This document shows positions 1-12,797 of a DNA stretch of 64,000 bases, one piece after another. Source of the stretch: Heptranchias perlo (taxonomy: Eukaryota); contig NC_090325.1 in the NCBI RefSeq assembly GCF_035084215.1, positions 11,346,001-11,410,000 on the forward strand, given 5' to 3'. Both the position numbers and the translations under genes were made by a program. Position 1 is the stretch's first letter; each line of letters starts with the position of its first letter. The notes under the pieces are model-generated. The model worked only from the letters and a program-made list of their open reading frames with translations, was not told where the DNA came from and did no database searches.

Positions 1-870
1 ATTTCCGTTGACCTCAGCCACAAAGTCATGATCTACCCCCCCTGGCCTCTAAAGATCTTCCCTTGACCCGGAAAGAGCTATGAACGGGGTGGACAGAGAG
101 AGTATGGGCAGGGCCACAACATCATCATGGAAGGTCCATGGTCAGAAGGGTAAAATTACAAATGTGACTGTGGGGCAATTGCACGCGCACTGCAGTTACT
201 GTGGTGTTGTTACTGGCAACCAAGGCCATTACAGAACCTCAATATAAATGGGCAACAGTCTCTACATATCCTGACCTTTGCTTTCGTTGACATATATACT
301 TCCTGATCCTGAACACTGGCTGTTCTGTGTCCACTGGGGTGTTTGGCGAGCAGGAGTTGGATTTCCTCAGGGGCTGAACACTGCCATGTTACTTCTGTAA
401 CAGTCCCACTATTACAGCAGGGATCATATTTATTCTGACATTTGTTGTCTTATTTCATTCTAACGTATCTGCTGGGCCTTCCATTTTTAAGAGGAAGGGC
501 GAGGAATTCTGAGGAATTTGTTTTATTTTCTCCCTTCCCCCTGCCCCACCACCAATAATGGCACTGCATCTCAGTATCAAGCTACAAGAGTTAGGTTCGA
601 TGGATTCCACACAGGGTAAAGCTCCAACGTCATGAAGGCACAGCGAGAACATTCAGGCCCCTGAAGGGAGTTCAGAGAAGAGCCACAGAGCTGTCCCCTA
701 ATGTCAGAGGATTGAGTTATGAGAAAAGACTGGAGAAGCTTGGGCTTGAAAGAAGGTGTTGGACAGGTGACTTTATCATCAAGTATGTAACATAGTAAAC
801 GGTGCAGAAAGGGCAGGTTTAAAAAATTATTTCAAATTGAATTATGAGAATATTACGACAAGGGGACATA

Positions 871-1250
871 GAAAGAAAGAACTTGCATTTTTTTTGTGCC
901 CTTCACGACCTCAGGATGTCCCAAAGCGCTTTTCAGCCAATGAAATACCAGTGTAGTTCTAATTCTCACATATTACAATGTAAGAAATGCGGCAGCCAAT
1001 TTGTGCATAGAAAGGCCTCACAAACACCAATGAGATAATGATCAGATAATCTGTTTCTTCTGAATCTTTTATGTCCACCTGAGGGGGCAGACAGGGCCTC
1101 TTTTTATTGTTTCATCCGAAAGACGGCACCTCCGACAGTGCAGCACTCCCTCAGTACTGCACTGGGAGCGTCAGCCTGGATTTTGTGCTCAAGTCTGTGG
1201 GGTGAGAATTGAACCCACGACTTTCTGACTCAGAGGTGAGAGTGCTACCG
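871..1250 (-). mobile_element. Deu-domain tRNA-SINE (SacSINE1-like)
   Basis: Reverse complement of the Deu core (CATCCGAAAGACGGCACCTCCGACAGTGCAGCAC), B-box-like TTGAACCC and tail GAAAGAAAGAACTTGCAT. Confidence 0.8.
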
Positions 1251-1589
1251 ACATCCAGGAGAATAAAACACTATGTGTTAACAAAATATCATCCTTCTGT
1301 CCTTAAAAGCAGTACATCCTCCAATTATCCATAGAGCAATGACGCAGGGGAGATCTACTAGTTTTTAGTCAAAAACTGTAGAGTTTGCACAGCCCTCGGT
1401 AATTTAATCCATCGTCAAGACATCCTTAGTCAGGCTCCACTGTCCTCAACTGACAAACCAAGGGTACCTTTCAGTGAATCAGTTTCCATTATCTAAATGG
1501 CATGCAGTGAAACTCAGACGTCTTACACAGTCCAATACACATTCCCGCAAATCTGACAGCTGAATTCTTTTGTTAAAGGGGAAGTCATC

Positions 1590-1795
1590 GAATAGAGGCA
1601 ACAGCAAGAAAGTTGTGATAAATATTGGGCCTCAGCTGGAGTATTGTGTCCAGTTCTGGGCACTACACTTTAGGAAGGATGTCAAGGTCTTGGAGAGGGT
1701 ACTAAGGAGATTTACTAGAATGGTATCAGGGAAGAGGGACTTCAGTTACTTGGAGAGAATCTGGGTGAAGGTAAAGGAGAGATTTAATAAGGTGA
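1590..1795 (+). mobile_element. CR1/HER1 LINE ORF2 fragment
   Basis: Translates PQLEYCVQFWALHFRKDV..LERV.RRFTRMV, the typical CR1 C-terminal region. Confidence 0.85.
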
Positions 1796-1802
1796 GCACC
1801 TA

Positions 1803-2463
1803 GCGGGACTCTCTGGGTGGGTATATTTCAGCGGGGGACTCTCTGGGTGGGTATATTTCAGCGAGGGACTCTCTGGGTGGGTATATTTCAGCGGGGGACT
1901 CTCTGGGTGGGTATATTTCAGTGGCGGACTCTGTGGGTGGGTATATTTCAGCGGGGGACTCTGTGGGTGGGTATATTTCAGCGAGGGACTCTCTGGGTGG
2001 GTATATTTCAGCGAGGGACTCTCTGGGTGGGTATATTTCAGCGGGGGACTCTCTGGGTGGGTATATTTCAGTGGCGGACTCTCTGGGTGGGTATATTTCA
2101 GCGAGGGACTCTCTGGGTGGGTATATTTCAGCGAGGGACTCTCTGGGTGGGTATATTTCAGCGGGGGACTCTGTGAGTGGGTATATTTCAGTGGCGGACT
2201 CTCTGGGTGGGTATATTTCAGCGAGGGACTCTCTGGGTGGGTATATTTCAGCGGGGGACTCTGTGGGTGGGTATATTTCAGTGGGGGACTCTCTGGGTGG
2301 GTATATTTCAGTGGGGGACTCTCTGGGTGGGTATATTTCAGTGGGGGACTCTGTGGGTGGGTATATTTCAGTGAGGGACTCTCTGGGTGGGTATATTTCA
2401 GCGGGGGACTCTCTGGGTGGGTATATTTTAGTGGGGGACTCTCTGGGTGGGTATATTTCAGCG
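1803..2463. repeat. 30-bp G-rich minisatellite, about 22 units
   Basis: Unit GCGGGGGACTCTCTGGGTGGGTATATTTCA with few variant positions; the exact 30-bp period is directly visible. Confidence 0.98.
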
Positions 2464-2799
2464 ACAGTACCTTTTGAAAAAATTATCAGTGAACAGAAAT
2501 TGAAAATTCCAGCATATTCTCTGGAAACGTATGTATTCTGTTAACTAAATTAAATTGAAAATTCAAACCCAGTTGTGTTTAAATCAGGGGTAAAAACTGA
2601 AATTGGAGAAAGCCTGTATGGTTTAGTGGGTTTAAATAACGTGCTCCCAGCCTGAGAAAGGTTTTACATTAAACCTGTTAATGTAGTAACTTTGTCTGTG
2701 AGCTCTTCACCCATGAATACTGCTGATTTGTGAATGCTCAATTGGGTTTAATATCATCTGATAGCAAAGTGCTGACCCACTAGTGATGGGAAATACTGC

Positions 2800-5180
2800 T
2801 ATCATAGTATGTTACAGCAGAGGAGGAGGCCATTCGGCCCATCATATCTGTGCCGGCTGTTCGAAAGAGCTATCCAATTAGTCCACCCTCTGCTTCCTTC
2901 CCCAGAGCACTGTAAATTTTACTCCTTCAATTATTTATCCAATTCCCTTTTGAAAGTTACTATTGAAGCTGCTTCCACCACCCTTTCAGGCAGTGCATTC
3001 CAGATCATAACAACTTGCTGCGTAAAAAAAATGTTTCCTCATCTTCCCTCTGGTTCCTTTGCCGAACACCTTAAATCTGTGTCCTTTGGTTACTGACCCT
3101 TCTGCCACTGGAAACAGTTTTTCCTTATTTACTCCATCAAAACCATTCATGATTTTGAACACTTCTATCAAATCTCCTTTTAACCTTCTCTGCTCTAAGG
3201 AGAACAATCCCAGCTTCTCCAGTCTCTCCACATAACTGAAGTCCCTCATCCCTGGTGCCATGCTAGAAATGAACTCATTTTAGACCTCAGCTCTTTACTA
3301 TCTATATATTAATGACTAAGATGAAGGGACCGAGTGTAATGTATCCAAGTTTGCTGATGATACAAAGCTAGGTGGGAAAGTAAGCTGTGAGGAGGTCACA
3401 GACTGCAAAGGGATATAGACAGGTTAAGTGAGTGGGCAAGAAGGTGGCAGATGGAGTATAATGTGGGGAAATGTGAGGTTATTCACTTTGGTAGGAAGAA
3501 TAGAAAAACAGAATATGTTTTAAATGGTGAGAAACTATTAAATGTTGGTGTTCAGAGAGATTTGGGGTTCCTGGTACAAGAAACACAAAAAGTTAGCATG
3601 CAGGTACAACAAGCAATTCGGAAGGCAAATGGCATGTTGGCCTTTATTGCAAGGGGGTTGGAGTACAAGAGTTTGGAAGTTTTACTACAATTGTACAGGG
3701 TATTGGTGAGACCTCATCTGGAGTACTGCGTACAATATTGGTCTCCTTATCTAAGGAAGGATATACTTGCTTTAGAGGGGTTGCAACAAAGGTTCACTAG
3801 ATTGATTCCTGGGATAAGATGGTTGTCCTATGGGGAGAAATTGAGTAAAATGGGCCTGTACTCTTTAGAGTTTAGAGGAATGACAGGTGACCTCATTGAA
3901 ACATACAAGATTCTGAGGGGGCTTGACAGGGTAGATGCTGAGAGGTTGTTACCCCTGGCTGGAGAGTCTAGAATTAGGCGACATAATCTCAGGATAAGGG
4001 GTCGGCCATTTAAGAATTTAAGAATCGGGCCAGGACCTACTCCGTTAATGGTAGGGCATTGGGGAGAGTTATCGAACAAAGAGATCTAGGAGTACAGGTT
4101 CATAGCTCCTTGAAAGTGGAGTCACAGGTGGATAGGGTGGTGAAGAAGGCATTCGGCATGCTTGGTTTCATTGGTCAGAACATTGAATGCAGGAGTTGGG
4201 ATGTCTTGTTGAAGTTGTACAGGGCATTGGTGAGGCCACACTTGGAGTACTGTGCACAGTTCTGGTCACCCTATTATAGAAAGGATATTATTAAACTAGA
4301 AAGAGTGCAGAAAAGATTTACTAGGATGCTACCGGGACTTGATGGTTTGACTTATAGGGAGAGGTTAGACAGACTGGGACTTTTTTCCCTGGAGTGTAGG
4401 AGGTTAAGGGGTGATCTTATAGAAGTCTATAAAATAATGAGGGGCATAGATAAGATAGATAGTCAAAATCTTTTCCCAAAGGTAGGGGAGTCTATAACGA
4501 GGGGGCATTGATTTAAGGTGAGAGGGGAGAGACACAAAAGGGTCCAGAGGGGCAATTTTTTCAATCAAAGGGTGGTGAGTGTCTGGAACGAGCTGCCAGA
4601 GGCAGTAATAGAGGCGGGTACAATTTTGTCTTTTAAAAAGCATTTGGACAGTTACATGGGTAAGATGGGTATAGAGGGATATGGGCCAAGTGCAGGAAAT
4701 TGGGACTAGCTTAGTGGAATAAACTGGGCGACATGGACATGTTGGGCCGAAGGGCCTGTTTCCATGTTGTAACTTCTATGATTCTATGATTCTATTCTAT
4801 GAAGAGGAATTTCTTCACTCAGAGGGTTGTGAATCTTTGGAATTCTCTACCCCAGAGGGCTGTGGATACTGAGTCGTTGAGTATGTTCAAGGCTGAGATC
4901 GATAGATTTTTGGACTCCAGGGGAATCAAGGGATATGGGAATCAGACGGAAAAGTGGAGTTGAGGTCAAAGGTGAGCCATGATCTTATTGAATGGTGGAG
5001 CAGGCTCGAGGGGCCGTATGGCCTACTCCTGCTCCTATTTCTTATGTTCTTAAATCTCTTCTGCACCTTCTATAAGGCCTTGGCATCCTTCCTAAAATGT
5101 GGTGCCCAGAATTGAACACACTACCTCAGCTGAGGCTTAACCAGTGTTTTATAAAGGCTTAGCATAACTTCCTTTGCTTT
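2800..5180. mobile_element. Three nested CR1/HER1 LINE 3' fragments
   Basis: A minus-strand CR1 (about 2800-3268 plus 5051-5180) is split by a plus-strand CR1 (about 3290-4015 plus 4801-5050), which is split by another plus-strand CR1 (about 4025-4800) ending in (TTCTATGA)n. ORFs show RPHLEYC and KFADD motifs. Confidence 0.88.
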
Positions 5181-5924
5181 TGGTGATAGGAGATAACGGT
5201 GATGGGAGATAATGGTACAAAGATACTGGTGAGAGGCACTGATCACAGGAGATGTTGGTGATGTGTGAAAAGCAATGTGTATAACTCTGGTTCTTCAGTA
5301 AGAGGATTCAACTATATGACACAACTCACACGTGAGAGAGGTTACAAGGCACAAATTCAATTGAAAAGGTTAAAATTATGTTCTAATCTGATATTATCCT
5401 TTAACGTTCAGATTACACGGCTATTATATCTCTTGCCTGACAGACTGCTATGTGTTTAAAAAGCAGAATCCACAAGAGGGACATTAAAGCAATAGATTAA
5501 CATCACTGATCACATCGACCACTAAAAATAGTTCACATCATGTAAAAGTCAAAATCAAAACATGGAAACTGGACAGCGGGAGTTCGCCTGACAGCAGATA
5601 TCGCGTTTGTTGAAGAGCAAAGTTGACAGCAGTAAGCATTGCGACATCAAACTGAGCAACATTTTCCCTGAATATTGCTAATACTGATCTTATCGGGGGG
5701 AGTACTCCCCATCACAGTGATATTTCCCCTCTTTTGGCTTTCGCTCAGTTTTGTTTCTGGCATTCTCCTCTTTTCCACTCTCCAAGGCCTTGACTTACGG
5801 TGGTTCTACAGACACGGGGCACCCTTATACATCTTACTGAAGAAAGGCTTTCCTCGTGTGTGGGTCTAGACAGTAGGCAAGCTGACCACGGGGGTCATCA
5901 CAAGCGAGCCTTATCCTATTTTCA

Positions 5925-7680
5925 CTGCAAATGTTACACCCTTGTTCAAAAAAGGGTGTAAGGATAAACCCAGCAACTATAGGCCAGTCAGTTTAACCTC
6001 GGTGCTGGGGAAACTTTTGGAAACGATAATCCAGGACAGAATTAGCAGTCATTTGGGCAAACGTGGATTGAATAGGGTGAAGTCACATCAATCAGCACAG
6101 AGCTGGAATCATACTTGGACCCTCTCTCTTCTGTTTGATTTAGTTACCTGTCGCCTTTTTGGAGCCATTAGAGACAGCTGACACTTGCCTTGAAATGACG
6201 CTGTGCGAAATTAACGTGCCAATGCTTAACGTGTTTGTATAAAATTACTATTTCACTTTATTAATGGAGGTGTTGGCCCATTTATCACACCGCATAACTT
6301 TATTGTCAGTATCCAGCAGGCTCGGATCAGGTATAACACAGTTAGATGCAGAATAAGGACATAAGAAATAGGAGCAGGAGTAGGCCATAACAGCCCATCG
6401 AACCTACTCCGCCATTCAATCAGATCATGGCTGATCTTCGACCTCAACTCCACTTTCCCGCCCGATCCCCATATCCATTGATTCCCTTAGAATAATCCTC
6501 CCTTTCAGATATGAGTATGTTTCTAAAGATGAAAATGTACAGTTTAAGAGCTATTTAGAGGTGAAGGGAGCCATCTTGTACTTGAGAGTGAAGGAATGAC
6601 AGAGATGCTTAATAAGTATTTTGTCTCAGCTTTTACAGCGTAAGATGAAAGTGGGACTGTAGGAGCACCTGAGGATGATGTGGAAGAGCCACTACTGCAA
6701 AGAAATATTCAAAAGGAAACAATTAAAATAGTTAATGGGTGCGAAAGAGAAAGATTGTTACAGAATATCAGAGGGAGGTTGGGAAATACTTTAAAAGGCA
6801 TGGACTAATCAGGGACAGCTAGCATGGGTTCGTAAAGTGCTTGACAAAGTTACTTGCATTTTCTGATGAAGTGTGTAGATAAAGGGAATGTGACTGATCT
6901 TGCTTCTATGGATTTTCAGAAGGTGTTGGATAAAACGCTACTTATGTTGTAACGATCTGGAACGCACTGCCTGAAAGCAGATTCTATAATAACTTTCAAA
7001 AGGGAATTAGATAAATACTTGCAGGGGAAAAATTTGCAGGGCTATAGGGAAAGGGCAGGGGAGTGGGACTAATTGGATAGCTCTTTCAAAGAGCCGGCAC
7101 AGGCGCAATGGGCTGAATGGCCTCCTTGCCGTATCATTCTAAGATTTAAGAGACTCGTTGCAAAATTGAGGGACATGATATTAAAGTGAACATAACTGTG
7201 GACCAAATGCACTAGGGGTAAACAGATTTTTTTTTCGATTGGTGGGATGTGCATAGTGGTGTACCCCAGAGATCTGTCCTGGGACCTATTTTTTGTTTTC
7301 CATTTATATTGCAGGTTTGGATATAGGCTCAAGAGGAATGATATTGAAATTTGTTGATGATTCCAAATTAGGGACATAGCAAACTGTGAAGCAAAAATGT
7401 AAAGGATTGCAGAAGGTCACAGACAGGTTGGCAAATAAGTGGCAGTTGCAGTTCAGTGCAAAGAAATATGAAGTAGCACATTTCAGAAAAAAAGAACAGT
7501 AATAGGAAGTATGTCCTAAATGGCAAGATTCTTAACAGAGCAGAGAGCCAGACATGTAGATGGATAGATCTTGAAAGATGTGAGTACAAATAGAAAAGAT
7601 AAATGGGATTCTGACATAGCAGCACTGAATATAAAAAGACACAAACTGATGTTGAACTGGTATAAGCCATTGGTTAGAAA
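5925..7680. mobile_element. Cluster of degraded CR1 fragments in both orientations
   Basis: FKKGCKDKPSNYRPVSLTSV at about 5942, a minus-strand 3' end at about 6355-6490, degraded RT pieces at 6520-7680. Confidence 0.75.
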
Positions 7681-7699
7681 CATAGGAACAGGACTAGGC

Positions 7700-9990
7700 C
7701 ATTCAGCCTATCCTAATATAGACTGGGATAGTAACAGTGTAAGGGAAAAAGAGGGGGAGGAATTTTCAAAGTGTGTTCAGGAGAACATTCTTGACCAGTA
7801 CGTTTCCGGCCCAATGAGGAAGGAGGCATTGCTAGATCTGGTCCTGGGAAATGAGGTGGGCCAAGTGGAGCAAACGTCAATGAGTGAAATTTAGGGAACA
7901 GCGATCATAGTATCAAAAGGTTTAGAATAACTATGGAAAAGGAAAAGGACCACTCTAAAGTAAAAATACTCAATTGGAGGAGGGCCAATTTCAATAGGAT
8001 GAGAACGGAAAAGGCCCGGGTAAATTGGAATCAAAGATTGGCAGGCAAAACTGTAATTGAACAACGGGCGGCCTTTAAGGAGGAGATGGTTCAGGTACAG
8101 TCTAGATACATTCCCACGAGGGAGAAAGATAGGGCAACTAAAGTCAGAGCTCACTGGATGACAAAAGTGATAGAGAGTAAGATGAAGCAAAAAAAGGGGC
8201 ATATGACAGATGTCAGGTTAATAACACAAGTGAGAACCAGGCTGAATATAGAAAGTTCAGAAGGGAGGCGAAAAAGGAGATAAGAGGGGCAAAGAGAGAG
8301 TATGAGAATAGACTGGCGGCCAAAATAAAAGGGAATCCAAAAATACTGGAAATGGATAGTGGGACCGATTAGGGGCCAAAAAGGAGATCTACGCATGGAG
8401 GCATAAGGCATGGCTGAGGTACTAAATGAATACTTTGCATCTGTCTTTACCAAGGAAGAAGATGCTGCCAAAGTCACAGTAAGTGAAGAGATAGTTCAGA
8501 TACTGGATGGGCTAAAAATTGAAAACAAGGAGGTACCAGAAAGGCTAAAGTAGATAAGTCACCTGGTCTGGATGGGATGCATCCTAGGTTGCTGAAGGAA
8601 ATAAGGGTGGAAATTGCAGAGCTACTGGCCACAATCTCCTTAGATACTGGGGGAGAGGGGGGGCGGTGCCAGAAGACTGGAGAATTGCAAATGTTACGCC
8701 TTTGTGGGTGTAAGGATAAACCCAGCAATTACAGACCAGTCAGCATGGCTTTCCTTAATTAAAGACAAACCGTGTTTAACCAACTTGATTTGAGTTTTTT
8801 GATCAGGTAACAGAGAGGTTCGATGGGGCCAATGTAGTTGATGTGGTGTATATGGACTTTCAAAAGGGTTTTATAAAGTGCCGCATAATAGGCTTGTCAT
8901 CAAAGTTGAAGCCCATTGAATTAAGTGGGCAGTGGCAGCATGGATACGAAATTGGCTAAATAATAGGAAGCAGAGAGTAGTGGTGACCGGTTTTTTTTCG
9001 GACTGGAGGGAGGTGTACAGTGGTGTTTCCCAGGGGTCGGTGCTGGGACCTTTGCTTTTTTTGATATATATTAATGACTTGGACTTGGGTGTACAGGGCA
9101 CAATTTCAAAATTTGCAGATGACACAAAATTTGGAACAGTGAGGAGGATAGTGATAGATTTCAAGAGGACATAGACAGGCTGGTGGAATGGACGGACACG
9201 TGGCAGATGAAATTTAACGCAGAAAACTGTGAAGTGATACATTTCGGTAGGAAGAACGAGGAGAGGTAATATAAACCAGAGGGTACAACTCTAAAAGGGG
9301 TGCAGGAGCAGAGAGATCTGTAGGTATATGTGCACCAATCATTGAAGGTGGCAGGGCAGGTTAAGAAAGCATATGGGATTCTGAACTTTATAAATAGAGG
9401 CATAGAGTACAAAAGCAAGGAGGTTATGATGAGCCTTTATAAAACACTGGTTCGGCCACAACTGGAGTATTGTGTCCAGCTCTGGGCACCGCACTTTAGG
9501 AAGGATGTGAAGGCCTTTGAGAGGGTGCAGAAGCGATTTACTAGAAAGATTCCAGGGATGAGGGACTGGAGAAGCTGGGGTTGTTCTCCTTAAAGCAGAG
9601 AAGGTTGAGAGGAGATTTGATAGAGGTATTCAAAATCATGAAGGGTCTGGACAGAGTAGGTAGAGAGAAACTGTTCTCATTGGCGGAGGGGTCAAGAACA
9701 GAGGACATAGATTAAAGGTGATTGGCAAAAGAACCAAAGGCGACATGAGAAAAACTTTTTTACACAGCGAGTGGTTATGATCTGGAATGCACTGCCTGAG
9801 GGGGTGGTGGAGGCAGATTCAATCGTGGCTTTCAAAAGAGAACTGGATAAGTACTTGAAAGGAAAAAATTCGCAAGGCTTCAGGGATAGGGCAGGGGAGT
9901 GGGACTAGCTGGATTGCTCTTGCAGAGAGCCGGCACGGACTTGACGGGCCGAATGGCCTCCTTCTGTGCTTTAAACATTCTATGATTCCA
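7700..9990 (+). mobile_element. Long degraded CR1/HER1 ORF2 remnant (endonuclease end, RT, 3' UTR)
   Basis: Frameshifted peptides [46 protein letters not shown] and RPQLEYCVQLWAP; ends in an ATTCTATGATTC tail. Confidence 0.92.
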
Positions 9991-10440
9991 ACCCCTCGAG
10001 CCTGTTCCGCCATTCAATTGGATCATGATTGATCTGTATCTTTACTCCATTTACCCGCTTTGGTTCTGTAACCCTTAATACCCTTACCTAACAAAAATCA
10101 AACAATCTCAGTTTGGAAATTTTCAATTGATCCCCAGCCTCAACAGGTTTTTGGGGAAGAGAGTTCCAGATTTCCACTACCCTTTATGTGAAGAAGTACA
10201 TCCTGACATCACCCCTGAACGGCCTAGCTCTAATTTTAAGGTTAAGTTGAGGCCTAACAGAGGTTTACAAAATTCTGAATAGTGACTGAATGGTGGAAAG
10301 TCTGTATTGGTTAATGGGTAATAAGAGGCACAGACTCAGGACTGTCACTAGAACGGTGAAGGAGCAGGTTACAAGAAATGTTTTAACACAGGGGGTTATT
10401 AGATGCTTCACTGCAAGTGATTATTGAGACAGATCCTATG

Positions 10441-10626
10441 GGGGTGATTTTCACCTTCACTGCCTGGGTGGTCATATGATGGAGCGGATCGCCCATCCAT
10501 CGTTCAAGCCTCCCAATGTTGATTTCCATCGATTTCAATGGGATTAAAATCCAGGCATGTTCCACACCGGGCGGGAAATCCGCTCCGTCATATTACCACA
10601 CAGCTGCTGAAGGTAACAATTACCCC
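10441..10626. mobile_element. Short palindromic MITE inserted in a CR1 3' fragment
   Basis: Terminal inverted repeats GGGGTGATTTTCACCTTCA / TGAAGGTAACAATTACCCC and inner IR ATATGATGGAGCGGAT / ATCCGCTCCGTCATAT. Confidence 0.7.
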
Positions 10627-11985
10627 TTACATCATTTAAAAGGGAATTGATAAATAATTGAAAAGGAAGAATGTTAAAGGACCAGGGAAATGGGATTGGA
10701 GTAGATAGTTGAAGAGCTAGCACTCGATCAAGTGCGATGGGCCTTCTGTGCTGCAGTTTCTGTGATGACCCTTCCGGACATCTCGTGTTCGTTTCAGACT
10801 ATTTAGAAGATCAGTGCTTCTGTATTCTCTGTGATTAGATCAGCTGTGTAAATAAATCCTGTTCCGTAACAGAACTACTTGTACCTTCACTGTAAGAGAC
10901 AGGAAGCACTGATCTTGTAACCATGTACTTTCCAATGGCTAATTTCATGGATTATGTTTAGACCTCATGGCTTAGCAATGGGATTCAGACAGCCCGATTT
11001 AACAGAGCGGTGTCATTTAAACAGCTGCCTTTCAGTCAGGCAGCCCCAAAGGATTTTTTTTTTGTTTGTTTTAGAGAATGTAAATGAATAGGTCTGGTGA
11101 CTGGCACTTTGAATACAGATGGGTTTCAGGAGAGGCAACCAGTCCACAAGTCTGATATCACGTACAAGCAGACGAAGAATGACGGACAGGAAAATACCCT
11201 TTGGTCCATCCAGCCCCTCCCACACAACTGCGATGCCTCGTGCATCTCAATATATAGACTCCGCACAGCCACCCTGAAGTCATGTGATCCCCTGAATCTC
11301 GCACTTGAATCAACACCAGCATGAAACCAGCCCTTAAGGTGAGTCTCATTTAAACCAGCACCCTCTCAGGAAATCCCCATAGCCCTGTTGGTAAATGCAT
11401 CGCATAGTTTGGTATTGAGCCATATGGATCAGGATGGTCTCAGATTCTATTGCTGGTCTTTGTTGAGTTAGCTGATCTTAGCCAGGGCAATATTGGACTT
11501 ACTGTTAGGGAATGGATGTTCTTATACATTTAGAAGTTATTCCCCAAGATAATAGGGTTCAAAGACATTTATTGGCTTTCATAGGAATTAAGCACACCCT
11601 GATAACCATTATTACCAACAATTACACAAACACAATGATAACTATTATTAATAATAATTACACATATACTTAGGGTCACACTACAGTACCAGGTACTAGA
11701 GAATTCACCACGTCACAGCTCTCGAGCTCGAGGTGATCGGCTGGCCAAGCCTTGTCGAATTCTGAAGTGTCTATCCTAATATCCCTCTTTTTATACCTTT
11801 CTTTCGCTCTGGCCAAGTGAGAATTGGCATGTTTCAAAGTATTCCCTCATCCAATTAGCTGCAATAACTTCAGTTTTAAGTGACTGAAACCTGACTCGCA
11901 TTCCTTAATTTTCCAGATCTAAGACAGGTGCCTTTTCAAGGCCAGAGCTAATACAGACAGTTTTTGTGGCCTCTCCTTATCAGCT

Positions 11986-12211
11986 AATTGTAAACAATTT
12001 TACAACACCAAGTTATAGTCCAGCAATTTTATTTTAAATTCACAAGCTTTCGGAGGCTACCTCCTTCCTCAGGTGAACGATGTGGGAGGTAGGAAGGAGG
12101 TAGCCTCCGAAAGCTTGTGAATTTAAAATAAAATTGCTGGACTCTTACTTGGTGTTGTAAAATTGTTTACAATTGTCAACCCCAGTCCATCACCGGCATC
12201 TCCACATCATA
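11986..12211. mobile_element. Penelope-like element terminus in inverted (palindromic) arrangement
   Basis: 84-bp arms 11986-12069 and 12091-12174 with 2 mismatches; tail CCAGTCCATCACCGGCATCTCCACA; 12-bp direct repeat CTTATCAGCTAA at 11976-11987 and 12212-12223. Confidence 0.8.
12040..12076 (-). ncRNA. Minimal type I hammerhead ribozyme motif (Penelope-associated)
   Basis: Minus strand UCAC-CUGAGGA-A-GGAG(GUAGC)CUCC-GAAA-GCUU-GUGA: CUGANGA and GAAA boxes, stem II, stem I UCAC/GUGA and palindromic AAGCUU stem III. Confidence 0.7.
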
Positions 12212-12797
12212 CTTATCAGCTAAAACACTGTCTGACTGGAATCCCTATTACTAACCGAACACTGCTGATAGAAACTCACTTAAAAACTAATATCAAGAAT
12301 TTAACCGTTTCCTTACAGTACTACAATAATCCCTTGGACCAGGGAGAGAGAAAACCACCCAGAGTTTCCACCTGTGATTGCAATGTGGCTGGACAGTATG
12401 CTTGCATAGATGTCGATTGATTGATAGGATTGAGGTCAGCTCTGATGCAAGGCCAACGCGGAAAGTGGATGAGATGGCGGGACGGGATGGGGCGGGGGGC
12501 AGTATCCATTGATCTGAACGCCAGGATGAGTCGGAGCTCCAGGGGAGGGAGGAAGGGAGGGGAGAAAACAACAGATATATTACATTTTACAAACCCAATC
12601 CCAGATGATTGCGGTCCTGACCCGACCTCCGAAACGTGTTTAGAGCCGTGAAATTTAACAACGCGGAGCCTATCCAGTTTTGCAGCGTTGTTTGACGTGG
12701 CTGCATTGTGCTGCTGATCAATCACATCTGAAATGCTTTTGGCAAAGCTGTCACGCATACTAATGTGCATTGTCTCCCTTCATCTCCACCTGTTTAG

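Larger units (their letters stand above)
11503..12317 (-). mobile_element. Solo LTR (TG...CA), carrying a Penelope insertion
   Basis: Starts TGTTAGGGAATGG and ends CCGTTTCCTTACA (imperfect terminal IR); flanks TTAC/GTAC. The minus strand reads CCAAT (about 11826), TATAAAA (about 11792) and AATAAA (about 11570) in U3-R order. It splits a SINE-like sequence. Confidence 0.65.

Noticed and set aside
1817-2544. Repetitive ORFs (GIFQRGTLWV / SAGDSLGGYI) and a CRISPR-like look
   Set aside because: Translations of a 30-bp minisatellite; units are head-to-tail with no unique spacers, there are no cas genes, and the context is eukaryotic.
3451-4709. RT-related ORFs as an active retroelement or host gene
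   Set aside because: 5'-truncated, nested CR1 fragments with stops; no intact ORF2 anywhere in the window.
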